NCBI GenBank assembly: GCA_051660585.1
Contig: JBOFPV010000040.1
Span: forward strand, 128,841 to 192,840
DNA length: 64,000 nt
Direction of reading: 5' to 3'
Source of the DNA: Tannerellaceae bacterium
GTDB lineage: Bacteria; Bacteroidota; Bacteroidia; Bacteroidales; CAMTPD01
Shown here: in pieces, positions 18,640-28,429 of the stretch
Numbering within the stretch: position 1 is the first letter of the stretch
Layout of the letters: every line of letters starts with the position of its first letter
The notes under the pieces: generated by a model
Databases searched by the model: none
What the model saw: the letters and a program-made list of their open reading frames with translations, nothing else
What the model was told of the DNA's origin: nothing
Program-made: the position numbers and the translations under genes

Positions 18640-21600
18640 TTAAAGTGTTACGTTAATGCTAAATGAGAAGTTACGGCTATATGGTGTTGCACCATATTCA
18701 ACAGGAGACATGATTCGGTTACTTTGAATTGCTTCAGGGTTAAGTCCACCTTTAAGTCCGTTGTAGATATAGCAAAGATTACGAGCTGCAAAACCTAAGC
18801 GTAGATTCTGTACATAGAATTTTGATGAAATAGCTCTCGGTAGTGTATATCCCAACGAAATTTCGCGTAAAGCGACCCATGTGTTATCAAATACAGAGGT
18901 GTCAAGATTTTTAGACCAACCATAGGTTGATTGATAATATGCTCCTGCGTGTATTGGACTAAGGTGTCCCGCGTCTACAGCTTCTTGAAAACTCATACCA
19001 GATAGATCGACATTTTCATTCGTTGTATTTGATTTAACAACTGTATTGCGATCAAAAATAACATCAGGAATTACACCGTTATAATAAGTATTTCCATCTG
19101 TTCCAATACGTTCAAGACCTCCGCTCCACTGGTCGCGATATTTTAATGTTTCTGCCAGATTACCTCTAGACATACCCAGTGCATATGAGCTCGAGTAAAC
19201 AACACCACCAACTCGACCGTCTATTTGAACATTTAAGTCAAAACCTTTGTAGTAGAAACTTTGTGTGTGACCGAAAAAGAACTTTGGTTGTACTTGTCCA
19301 AGTTCGGTTCTTTTGTAAGCATCAACTTCTTCAATCTTGTTATAGTCAGATCTCCATCTGTTGTGAAGTGTTCCCTCAGTAACGTGTCCGAATGTTTGTT
19401 TGTCAGAGGCAAGTGTTACTACATATTTTCCATTGCGAGGATCATCAATTTGGTTTCCTTGATTATCATATGCTTGATATTTACCTCTAGTAGAGGTGGC
19501 TGTCATGACACCAAATTCGCCGCCTTCGTAAGCCCATACTTCAGCCCCTTCGTAATTACCCATTAATTGGAATTCAGAGACGCCAGGGTGGAATTCAATG
19601 ATTTTACCACGATTGCGCGTAAAGTTGAAAGTCATATCCCATCTAAAGTTCTTGTTAACAATCGGACGTGCATCAATCAATAACTCGATCCCTTGATTTT
19701 GAATGTTACCTGCATTAATCCATTTGTTTGCAGCACCACTTTCCGGGGTGTTTGGGATGGTTAGAATTTGGTTAAATGTATTCTTTTTATAGAATGCAAA
19801 GTCGATGCCAAAGCGGTTGTCAACAAATCGAGTATCGAAACCAACCTCTATTTCTTGTTGTGTTTCAGGTTTAATGTCGAAGTTTTGAAGCTGATCTAAA
19901 CCTTGTACACCTCCAGTGATCACAGAGTTTCCGTTTTCGTCATAAATAGAACCTTGCCAATATCCCCATGTTCCGTTTGTAGCATAAGCAGAAGTTCCAT
20001 AACCTACACGAGAAACAGATCCTCTTAATTTACCAAATGAAAACCATTCTGGCATTTGATCTCTAAAGGACTCTGTGAATATCCATGATAAGTTTGCTGA
20101 AGGATAAAATATCGAGTAGTTATTCTTTCCGAAAGGATTGTTCTTCGTATAAAGAAGAGTTGAAGACCAGTCGTTACGACCTGTAATCTCGAGATTCACT
20201 TGGTCCTTCCAGCCTAAGTTTACAGCAGCACCAAGACCTATTACTTTTGTGTCTGGGTATCCCGTATTTACTGTAGGACGTACTTCTCCCACTGAGTTTG
20301 AAAAACTAAAAAAACCTGGGACTAGAAGACCACCAGCTGTAGATTTGCGCCAATCTTCTTTTTGTCCTGTTCCGTAAATTTCAGAGAATAGACGAACGTC
20401 CACATCAAAACGATCATCTAGATATTTTCGATTAGCATGGGCAGAGAATAAAAAGTTGTATTCATTTTTATTGCTTCCATATTGAGAGAATGAACCACCT
20501 TTAAAATCTGTACCAGTACCCCATTCTTTAGTTTCTCCAAATATTTTGTAGAAATTGTAATTTGCTTTTGCTGAAAAGTCTAGCCATGGTAGGACTTGAG
20601 CAGTAAGCATAATGTTAGCAAGATAGGAGTCTTCTGTGCGTGTTGTGTTTTTATAATCCATTCGATGAAAGATTGAGCCAATTTCATCAAATAAAGAATA
20701 ATCTGGATATTTTTTTAGAGAATTGTCGTCGTTGCGATAGTTTTTTTTCCATTCAGCTAGGTCAATATTTCTAGGTAGAGAATAAGCTAAAGCTCTACCA
20801 AAGTTTCCATCAGCCCAGCGACCTTGGTTTGCGGCATTCTGAACATCTGTTCTAGAGAAGTTGAAGCCTGCGTCTACTCTAAATATTTTGTTTAGCTCTC
20901 CTGAAGCTTTTACTGCAAATGCATTTCTATCAAGGCCATTGTTGGGAAGTACCCCGTCTGAAGAGGTGTTCGAATAAGATACACGGTATGCAACTTTATC
21001 GGTACCACCATTAAGAGCGACATTGGTGTTCATATAATGTCCCGTTTGATAAAAAGTTTTCCAGTTGTTTGGTTGTGCAACCATTGGCATTTTTGTGTTA
21101 GTCCAAGGAACATTCACTAGCTGACCTTCCATTTTCATACCCCAGCTGTTTGCTGAAAAAGGAACAATCCCAGCCTCATTATATCCACCTTCGAAGTTGC
21201 CCCAATATCCCATACCGTATACGTCTTGCATTTCGATATGGTTCTTGTACATAGTTTCAAATTGTTGTGTATGAGAGAAATCTATGCCAAGACCTTGTCT
21301 TTTTCCTCCACTTTTTGTATTGATTACGACAGCGCCATTTGCTCCGCGTGATCCATATAATGCAGTAGCCGCAGCACCTTTTAATACGGTCATTGACTCG
21401 TAATCATCTGGGTTTAAGTTTTTAAGCTGTGATCCCCAGTCTTCACCTTGCTCGTTTGATGGAGGATTTTCTAAGATCATGCCATCTACTACAAATATAG
21501 GTTGGCTATTGTTTCCTAGGGATTTAGCACCGCGGATTACAATGTTTGGAGAAGTTTGTACTCCAGATGTACCCATTGTGTTTACGCTTACCCCGGCAAC

Positions 21601-22158
21601 TTTACCTTGTAGGGCTGTAATTGGATTTACTGCATTAACACGTGCTAACTCATCACCTTTTACCTGTGTTACAGCATAACCCATTTTGGGTTCTTGCTTA
21701 CGAATACCAAGAGCACCGGTGATTACAACCTCTTCTAATCGTTTGGTGTCTTCTTGGAGGGTGATTTTGTATTGGTCTTTATTCCCAACTTTAACTTCTT
21801 GTGGAGCAAAGCCAACGTATGAAAGAACGAGTACATCACCAGTTTTTGCATTGATCGAGAAATTTCCATCAAAGTCGGTAACGGTTCCCACTCTTGTGCC
21901 TTTAAGCGAGATGCTTACTCCAATTAGAGGTTCGCCCATTCCATCTATAACAGATCCTTTGATTGTTCTTTGTTGTTGTGTGACGGCGCTGGATGTTGTC
22001 ATTGGTGTTACTTCATTGCTTGTTTCTGGGCTAGCGATTGCTATGGTCGGAGCAAGAAGTGTTGCAAAGAGAATTGATTTAAACTTTCTGAAATTTCTTT
22101 CGTTGCGCAGATATTGCTCTGTGATAGCGGCGAAAGAATAGTTGTTCATAATATTCAT
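18640..22158 (-). CDS. susC: SusC/RagA-family TonB-dependent outer-membrane transporter.
   Basis: The ATG at 22158 (MNIMNNYSF) aligns with the ATG of the neighbouring susC. A carboxypeptidase-regulatory-like domain follows the signal peptide, and there is no STN domain. Confidence 0.92.
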   Translation of the reverse strand: MNIMNNYSFAAITEQYLRNERNFRKFKSILFATLLAPTIAIASPETSNEVTPMTTSSAVTQQQRTIKGSVIDGMGEPLIGVSISLKGTRVGTVTDFDGNFSINAKTGDVLVLSYVGFAPQEVKVGNKDQYKITLQEDTKRLEEVVITGALGIRKQEPKMGYAVTQVKGDELARVNAVNPITALQGKVAGVSVNTMGTSGVQTSPNIVIRGAKSLGNNSQPIFVVDGMILENPPSNEQGEDWGSQLKNLNPDDYESMTVLKGAAATALYGSRGANGAVVINTKSGGKRQGLGIDFSHTQQFETMYKNHIEMQDVYGMGYWGNFEGGYNEAGIVPFSANSWGMKMEGQLVNVPWTNTKMPMVAQPNNWKTFYQTGHYMNTNVALNGGTDKVAYRVSYSNTSSDGVLPNNGLDRNAFAVKASGELNKIFRVDAGFNFSRTDVQNAANQGRWADGNFGRALAYSLPRNIDLAEWKKNYRNDDNSLKKYPDYSLFDEIGSIFHRMDYKNTTRTEDSYLANIMLTAQVLPWLDFSAKANYNFYKIFGETKEWGTGTDFKGGSFSQYGSNKNEYNFLFSAHANRKYLDDRFDVDVRLFSEIYGTGQKEDWRKSTAGGLLVPGFFSFSNSVGEVRPTVNTGYPDTKVIGLGAAVNLGWKDQVNLEITGRNDWSSTLLYTKNNPFGKNNYSIFYPSANLSWIFTESFRDQMPEWFSFGKLRGSVSRVGYGTSAYATNGTWGYWQGSIYDENGNSVITGGVQGLDQLQNFDIKPETQQEIEVGFDTRFVDNRFGIDFAFYKKNTFNQILTIPNTPESGAANKWINAGNIQNQGIELLIDARPIVNKNFRWDMTFNFTRNRGKIIEFHPGVSEFQLMGNYEGAEVWAYEGGEFGVMTATSTRGKYQAYDNQGNQIDDPRNGKYVVTLASDKQTFGHVTEGTLHNRWRSDYNKIEEVDAYKRTELGQVQPKFFFGHTQSFYYKGFDLNVQIDGRVGGVVYSSSYALGMSRGNLAETLKYRDQWSGGLERIGTDGNTYYNGVIPDVIFDRNTVVKSNTTNENVDLSGMSFQEAVDAGHLSPIHAGAYYQSTYGWSKNLDTSVFDNTWVALREISLGYTLPRAISSKFYVQNLRLGFAARNLCYIYNGLKGGLNPEAIQSNRIMSPVEYGATPYSRNFSFSINVTL

Positions 22159-22270
22159 AAGCAAGTGTTTAAAAAGGGTATTAATTTAGACTTATTAGAA
22201 TTGTATCGACGTGAGTATTAATATTTGTGATTATTTACTTGCCACGAATATATGCAAATTAATCAACAAA
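22020..22270 (-). repeat. SusC 5' module, copy 2.
   Basis: See copy 1 (16050-16295). Confidence 0.7.
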
Positions 22271-22686
22271 CAAATAAATTAAATGAAAAATATTTCATTA
22301 ATGTTTCAGGAGTCTTCTAGATTAATTGAAAAAATAGTTGTTTTATATTTTCTTTTATTGTGTATATTGAGCTTGTTTATCTGTTGTTTGTTAGTAACAT
22401 GTGGGTTTTTATTGTTTTCTTTTTTTTTGTAATTAGAATTGATGAAATACTGTAATATCGGGGATTTATACTGTTTGTATGTGTTAAATATTTAGGTTGT
22501 TTATTGTTTAAAAGTGTTTGATTAATATGTGTTGTTATAGTTAATATTGTTTAGTTTTATGGAGGGCTGCTTGTGTTGATAAATGTTGTGTTTTAAATGT
22601 GTTGTCATTTGTTATTAATAATCGCAATGAAAATGAGGGAGTGTCAGTAGAATATTCTAATTTAGCGTTAAACCATTAATAAAGTT

Positions 22687-23382
22687 ATGAAATCTGCTTA
22701 TTGTCGATTAATTACAATCTTACTCGTATTATTCACGACAGACTTGCTACAGGCCCAAGAAAATGAAGACTATGAAACAAATTACCAAGTCGGTTTTTGG
22801 TATGGTGTTCAAACATCCTTCAAAGATCGAGGATTTGCTTCCGGCCAAGGATATGCCATACAAGCGGCCTATTTTCCGTATGGTCGCACAGGGATACGGC
22901 TTGGGTTTAATTCGTATGATGGATTTAATGGAGTAGAAAAGTATAATACATTTCCCCTTTATTTTGCTTATCGTATAGAATCGAATGAGCCCTCGGCAAC
23001 ACCGGCAGGAACCTATTCAGAGAATATATTTGAAGATCTGATTTGGCAATGTATTTCATTATTGCCAAGTTCTTTGGAATTTAACATAGGCTTATCGCCT
23101 GGATATTTTAGAGGTGACGGATCTCAGCAATGGGTTAGTAATGATGGCGGAGCAACTTATTACAGTGATTACTTTCGTGTGAGAAAGAAATTTTCATGTT
23201 CGGTCGATGCATCTATAAGGGCCACCTTTTATCTCTGGAGATTTGGGTTGAGTGTGGCACCATCATTAAGTTACTTGCTCACCCGAAATATTGAGCGAGT
23301 TTCTGATATTCCCGAGTTGGCAAAGCGTAACCCTTCCCGATGGTGGGGTGGAGTTTCATTCGGGGCATCGTTTCGTTTTTAA
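22687..23382 (+). CDS. Hypothetical outer-membrane beta-barrel protein.
   Basis: 231-aa ORF with a signal peptide (LLVLFTTDLLQAQ), aromatic/Gly-rich alternating segments and a C-terminal ...GASFRF signature. Confidence 0.6.
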   Translation: MKSAYCRLITILLVLFTTDLLQAQENEDYETNYQVGFWYGVQTSFKDRGFASGQGYAIQAAYFPYGRTGIRLGFNSYDGFNGVEKYNTFPLYFAYRIESNEPSATPAGTYSENIFEDLIWQCISLLPSSLEFNIGLSPGYFRGDGSQQWVSNDGGATYYSDYFRVRKKFSCSVDASIRATFYLWRFGLSVAPSLSYLLTRNIERVSDIPELAKRNPSRWWGGVSFGASFRF

Positions 23383-23491
23383 TACAAAATCAATATTCAA
23401 GATAATATAGTATACTGCTTTGGCAGAATACTGATTTTTTTCTTGTGATGTTTTTAAGATCTTAGCAACGCTAACTCAAATAAAAAGATCC

Positions 23492-25852
23492 ATGAAAAAA
23501 CAATTGTCAATAGCATTGTTTGCCGCCTACTGCATGACTGTAGGAGCTCAAAATACCAAAACCATCTATCAAAAAGGATGGATTGATTTCAACAAGAACG
23601 GCAAAAGAGATATTTATGAAGATCCTTCTCAATCGATAGATGTACGCGTACAAGACCTACTTCGCCAGATGAGTCTTGAAGAGAAGACTTGTCAAATGGC
23701 AACACTTTACGGATCAGGTCGAGTGCTCAAAGATTCGATGCCAACAGCATTATGGAGTAGCGAAATCTGGAAAGATGGAATTGGAAATATCGACGAGCAA
23801 CACAATGGCCTAGGCAAGTTCAAATCTCAATTTTCATTCCCTTACCGCACAAGTGTAGAAGCTCGCCATACGATGCAACGTTGGTTTGTAGAAAATACCC
23901 GTTTGGGGATTCCGGTTGATTTTACCAATGAAGGAATCCGTGGATTATGTCATGATCGAGCGACTTTCTTTCCGGCACAATGCGGCCAAGGGGCTACTTG
24001 GAATAAAGACTTGATAGCTCGCATTGGAGAAGTCACTGCAAAAGAAGCCAATGCACTTGGTTATACCAATATTTATTCACCGATTCTTGATATAGCACAA
24101 GATCCGCGTTGGGGTAGGGTTGTTGAGTGTTATGGAGAAGATCCGTTTTTGGTAGGGACACTCGGCAAACAAATGATTACAGCTCTGCAAAAAGAGAACC
24201 TTGTAGCTACCCCTAAACACTTTGCCGTATATAGCATTCCGGTAGGCGGACGAGATGAGGATACTCGTACCGATCCGCATGTGGCACCTCGGGAAATGCG
24301 AACACTTTACCTTGAGCCATTTCGAATGGCATTTCAAGAAGCAGGAGCATTGGGCGTGATGAGCTCATATAATGATTACGATGGGGTGCCTGTGTCGGCA
24401 AGTTCCTATTTTCTAACTGATATTCTTCGCAAAGATTGGGGATTCAAAGGCTATGTGGTTTCAGATAGTGAAGCCGTAGAGTTTGTCCATACCAAGCATA
24501 AAGTAGCCGAGACATTGGTCGATGCAGCTGCGGCAGTTGTAAATGCCGGCCTAAATATTCGTACACAATTTACGCCACCACAAGATTTTATTCTTCCACT
24601 TAGAGAAGCCATTGCATGCGGAAAGGTTTCACAGCAAATGCTCGATACACGAGTAGCCGAAATTCTGCGCATAAAGTTTTATCTCGGTTTGTTTGATAAC
24701 CCTTATCGAGGCAATACTGAAGAGGTGGAAAAGATTGTTCATTCGCAAGAGCACAAACAAGTTTCGCTGGAGGCAGCTCGCCAGTCGGTTGTTTTACTAA
24801 AGAACGACAAACAAATTCTTCCTTTATCCAAAGACTTGAAGCGCATAGCAGTGATTGGGCCGAATGCCGACGAACGTAAAAACTTGATTTGCCGATATGG
24901 ACCGGCTAATGCACCTTTGATTACGATGGTAGAAGGAATCAAGAAGCAGATGCCGAAAGCAGATATTCTTTATGAGCAAGGTTGCGAAATTGTTGATGCA
25001 AATTTTCCCGAAAGTGACTTGTTTGATTATCCACTCACATTAGACGAAAAGAGTAAAATAGATAAAGCGGTCGATGCGGCTCGTAAAAGTGAAGTTGCCA
25101 TCGTTGTGTTAGGAGGTTCGGAAAAGACGGTACGCGAAAGCTACTCACGCTCCGATCTTAATTTGCCCGGGCACCAAGAGAAACTGCTGAAAGCTATTTA
25201 CGAAACAGGAACTCCGGTTGTACTGGTGTTACTTGATGGAAGAGCGGCAACCATTAATTGGGCAGATAAGTTTATTCCGGGTATTGTGCACGCATGGTTT
25301 CCCGGTGAATACTGCGGACAAGCAGTCTCAGAAGTGCTTTGGGGCGATTACAATCCGGGCGGAAAGTTGGCCGTGACATTCCCAAAAACCGTAGGGCAGA
25401 TACCATTTGCCTTTCCTTTCAAACCGGGATCGGATACGAAGGGGGCGGCCCGTGTATCGGGAGCACTCTATCCATTTGGCTATGGACTTAGTTATACTTC
25501 ATTCAAATACTCTGATTTGAAATTATCTGCTGCACAAATCGGAGCGCAAGGAAATATTCACGTTGAATGTACTATAACAAATACTGGTAGTAGAAAAGGA
25601 GATGAAGTTGTACAGTTGTATGTCAACGACGAATACAGTAGTGTGACTACTTACACCAAAGTATTGAGAGGTTTTGAACGCATAACGTTAGAACCGGGAG
25701 CTTCGCAAAAAGTCACCTTCACTCTTACACCACAAGAGCTGGGTTTATGGAACCAACACAATGAATTTGTTGTAGAACCGGGAAGCTTTGAAGTGATGGT
25801 GGGTGCTTCTTCTCAAGACATCCGGCTAAAAGATAAGTTTGAAGTACGTTGA
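23492..25852 (+). CDS. bglX: Glycoside hydrolase family 3 (periplasmic beta-glucosidase/beta-xylosidase type).
   Basis: 786-aa ORF with a signal peptide. It carries GH3 hallmarks (SPILDIAQDPRWGR, KHFAVYS, GYVVSDSEAV nucleophile region) and a C-terminal Fn3-like domain. Confidence 0.92.
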   Translation: MKKQLSIALFAAYCMTVGAQNTKTIYQKGWIDFNKNGKRDIYEDPSQSIDVRVQDLLRQMSLEEKTCQMATLYGSGRVLKDSMPTALWSSEIWKDGIGNIDEQHNGLGKFKSQFSFPYRTSVEARHTMQRWFVENTRLGIPVDFTNEGIRGLCHDRATFFPAQCGQGATWNKDLIARIGEVTAKEANALGYTNIYSPILDIAQDPRWGRVVECYGEDPFLVGTLGKQMITALQKENLVATPKHFAVYSIPVGGRDEDTRTDPHVAPREMRTLYLEPFRMAFQEAGALGVMSSYNDYDGVPVSASSYFLTDILRKDWGFKGYVVSDSEAVEFVHTKHKVAETLVDAAAAVVNAGLNIRTQFTPPQDFILPLREAIACGKVSQQMLDTRVAEILRIKFYLGLFDNPYRGNTEEVEKIVHSQEHKQVSLEAARQSVVLLKNDKQILPLSKDLKRIAVIGPNADERKNLICRYGPANAPLITMVEGIKKQMPKADILYEQGCEIVDANFPESDLFDYPLTLDEKSKIDKAVDAARKSEVAIVVLGGSEKTVRESYSRSDLNLPGHQEKLLKAIYETGTPVVLVLLDGRAATINWADKFIPGIVHAWFPGEYCGQAVSEVLWGDYNPGGKLAVTFPKTVGQIPFAFPFKPGSDTKGAARVSGALYPFGYGLSYTSFKYSDLKLSAAQIGAQGNIHVECTITNTGSRKGDEVVQLYVNDEYSSVTTYTKVLRGFERITLEPGASQKVTFTLTPQELGLWNQHNEFVVEPGSFEVMVGASSQDIRLKDKFEVR

Positions 25853-25881
25853 ATCATACGATCTGAATATACATAAAATAG

Positions 25882-25914
25882 AAAGCCTCTTACGACAACT
25901 CGGAAGAGGCTTTT
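25882..25914. terminator. Bidirectional hairpin between the convergent GH3 and nitroreductase genes.
   Basis: aaagcctctt (25882-25891) pairs with aagaggcttt (25904-25913). Both sides are A/T-flanked. Confidence 0.7.
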
Positions 25915-25920
25915 GTGCTA

Positions 25921-26544
25921 TTACTTAGCCGGGTATCCAACGGTTTGTGACAGTGTGATCATTTGATCTTTCTTTAGTTTTAGTTGTGTGCCTAGTTCTG
26001 CTTTATCAATCATGGCACGAATCACACAGCTAAGTCCGTCCGATGCACAAAACAAATAGACATTTTGAGCAATGAAACCGGTATTTGCATAAGTTGCCTC
26101 GATCAAAGCCTGATCATCTTTGCCTGAAATCTTATTTTTGTTGCATACATAAACTAAGTTAACCGGAGCTGATGCTACAAACTCTTGAGTGCCGGCAAAG
26201 CTTCTCAAGTCCTTTTTCGAAACTTCGATCAGTGTATTTGCTTTTGCATCGTAGATATATGTCCCTTTTTTTAATAAAACATATACATCGATTTCTTGTC
26301 TGTCTCGCGAAGATGGCGCTGTGCGTTTGTTTTCACGATTAAAGCCCCAGGCTGCCCAAAGCAGGTTCGAAAGCGTTTGATCTGATAAGTCTTTGTTTGC
26401 AAAGGCACGGTTCGACTGTCTTTCGTTAAGTACTTCCATCAGCGGTTTGCCACCCGTTTTTTGCGGAGTAGGTAATTTGATGTTCTGTGCCGAAACACCA
26501 AAGCCAAGTCCGGCAATTGCTACCGATAGTAAAAACTTCTTCAT
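25921..26544 (-). CDS. Nitroreductase-fold (SagB/ThcOx-like) protein with an N-terminal signal peptide.
   Basis: 207-aa ORF starting MKKFLLSVAIAGLGFGVSAQ. Nitroreductase-like motifs are present (RQSNRAF, LSNLLWAAWG). Confidence 0.75.
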   Translation of the reverse strand: MKKFLLSVAIAGLGFGVSAQNIKLPTPQKTGGKPLMEVLNERQSNRAFANKDLSDQTLSNLLWAAWGFNRENKRTAPSSRDRQEIDVYVLLKKGTYIYDAKANTLIEVSKKDLRSFAGTQEFVASAPVNLVYVCNKNKISGKDDQALIEATYANTGFIAQNVYLFCASDGLSCVIRAMIDKAELGTQLKLKKDQMITLSQTVGYPAK

Positions 26545-26625
26545 GAATTAATTGATTGTTAAGGTGAAACAGTATTTAAATTGTTCGGTATAAAAATAGT
26601 ATGATTTATACACTTTATTGTACAA

Positions 26626-26659
26626 CAACGGGCGAAAAGTATATGCCTTCCGCCCGTTG
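26626..26659 (-). terminator. Hairpin downstream of the third susD.
   Basis: caacgggcg pairs with cgcccgttg in a 9-bp stem. The U-tract is weak. Confidence 0.45.
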
Positions 26660-26687
26660 AGTGAATTATTGTAATGAAATCGTATAA

Positions 26688-28421
26688 TTAAGGATTCTGT
26701 GTCAGCTTACAACCAATACTGTTGTAAGCATTGATCTGATCTTGTGGGATATAATGAACAACACGTGTGTCTGTCGCTTCTATTTCTTCTAAAGAGTTAT
26801 GCGGTCCCGGATAATGACGAGTCAATGTGCCGCCATTACGATATACGTCATAACTTCTATCGGCTTCGAATGCTAGTTCCAGTTGACGTTCTTCTTCAAT
26901 AAGAATGCTTGCATTTTCTGCATTTAATGAAGTGTATCCCATTCCAGGAAGAGATCGTTCTCTTACGATATTCAGGTTAGTGAGAGCATTTACGTAGTCT
27001 CCTTTTTTAGCATAACACTCTGCTAAGATTAAATACATCTCAGCCAATCGAGAAATTGTAGGGGAGTGCAAATGCGATTCGCCATCTTGAAGAGAACACT
27101 TCGTGATATAATACATCGGATATACACGATTCAATAGCATCACATAATCTTTTTCACCGGTATATGTTTTACCGTCACGATATACAAAACTGTAATATTG
27201 ATCAGCGTCATTTACTAAAGTCAAAGGAGCTTTGTATTCTTTTTCTTCTTCATTAACTGTTTCTTTATAAACCGCATAAAGCGTGTTACCCGAAGTTTCA
27301 AGTGTTGTTTGAATGTAATTATATCCTTTAATCGTATTGTTGTTATCATAAAGAGGTACAACGACACGGAAGGTAGGAATCTTTTTACCGGCTTTGTCTA
27401 GTTCATATTGCGGATCGATAAAGGCAGATCGGGCATCCTTCCCTTTTCCATGTTTGTTCAGTAGATTCAGGTATTTGGCACTAGCATACATCTCACCCCA
27501 ACCCATTCCGTCAATGTTGGCATACATACCACCAATTCCATAATAATGATCATAACCCGAATACTCTGAAGACACGCGTTTAACAGCAAAGATTGTTTCT
27601 GTTTGACCGGCAGCATCAGGAGCATACGTGTTGTATTTCATAAAGTTTTCGCGACTCAACATTTTATATTTGCCATTGTTAATAACTTGGTTGGCAAAAT
27701 ATATAGCTGAATCTGCATATTGTGTATTAGGGTTATTCCATGTGCCACTCATATACAAATACATTCGTGATAGAATAGCCTGTGCTGCACCTTTGCTTGC
27801 ATATGCAGCAGTATTAATAGAGTCAAGCATTGCTTCTGCTTTACGAAGGTCTCCCAACGCTTGATTATAAACCTCTTTAACTGTAGAGCGGTCTGGTAAC
27901 TGAAGGTTATCTAAATCATCTGGCATTCCGTTAATGATAGGAACACCAAGGTTTGTTTCCGGCGATTGGTAATAAGGACGTCCGTAAGCTCTACATAAAT
28001 AAAAATACATAGTTCCGCGAAGAAAATAAGCTTCACCTAGTTTTTTATCCAATGTTGCACTTTCTCCTTCAGGCATCATCTTCATGATGTCACTAGTTTG
28101 AGAGATGATTTTATAACTATTATTCCAGAAAGTATTTAACCGATAGTTATTAGGAGTGTGCTGGTAAGAGATAAATGAGTAAAAAGCGTCAGTAGAAGTA
28201 CCTCTAATCATCATGTTATCACCGGCATACTCTCCAATACGGTGCATCACATCAGACCAATCTCTTAATTGTCCGTAACAGCCATTTAGTAAGATGTCGA
28301 CAGCGGCTTCTTTATCAGCCATGATGTCTTCTTTTGTATACTTATCATATGGATAGCGATCAATATCGCACGAAGTGAGCAACGAAATACTCGCTGCAAG
28401 GCATATTGCTAATTTTTTCAT
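26688..28421 (-). CDS. susD: SusD/RagB-family outer-membrane lipoprotein.
   Basis: 577-aa ORF with lipobox SLLTSC. It starts 8 nt after the susC stop. Confidence 0.9.
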   Translation of the reverse strand: MKKLAICLAASISLLTSCDIDRYPYDKYTKEDIMADKEAAVDILLNGCYGQLRDWSDVMHRIGEYAGDNMMIRGTSTDAFYSFISYQHTPNNYRLNTFWNNSYKIISQTSDIMKMMPEGESATLDKKLGEAYFLRGTMYFYLCRAYGRPYYQSPETNLGVPIINGMPDDLDNLQLPDRSTVKEVYNQALGDLRKAEAMLDSINTAAYASKGAAQAILSRMYLYMSGTWNNPNTQYADSAIYFANQVINNGKYKMLSRENFMKYNTYAPDAAGQTETIFAVKRVSSEYSGYDHYYGIGGMYANIDGMGWGEMYASAKYLNLLNKHGKGKDARSAFIDPQYELDKAGKKIPTFRVVVPLYDNNNTIKGYNYIQTTLETSGNTLYAVYKETVNEEEKEYKAPLTLVNDADQYYSFVYRDGKTYTGEKDYVMLLNRVYPMYYITKCSLQDGESHLHSPTISRLAEMYLILAECYAKKGDYVNALTNLNIVRERSLPGMGYTSLNAENASILIEEERQLELAFEADRSYDVYRNGGTLTRHYPGPHNSLEEIEATDTRVVHYIPQDQINAYNSIGCKLTQNP

Positions 28422-28429
28422 GAATTCGA

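Noticed and set aside
22159-22686. Invertible-promoter (shufflon-type) switch upstream of susC, as known for some Bacteroides loci.
   Set aside because: I looked for flanking inverted repeats of 15 bp or more in the 520-bp region and found none. The tract is almost C-free on one strand, which makes long inverted repeats impossible. No nearby invertase is present.
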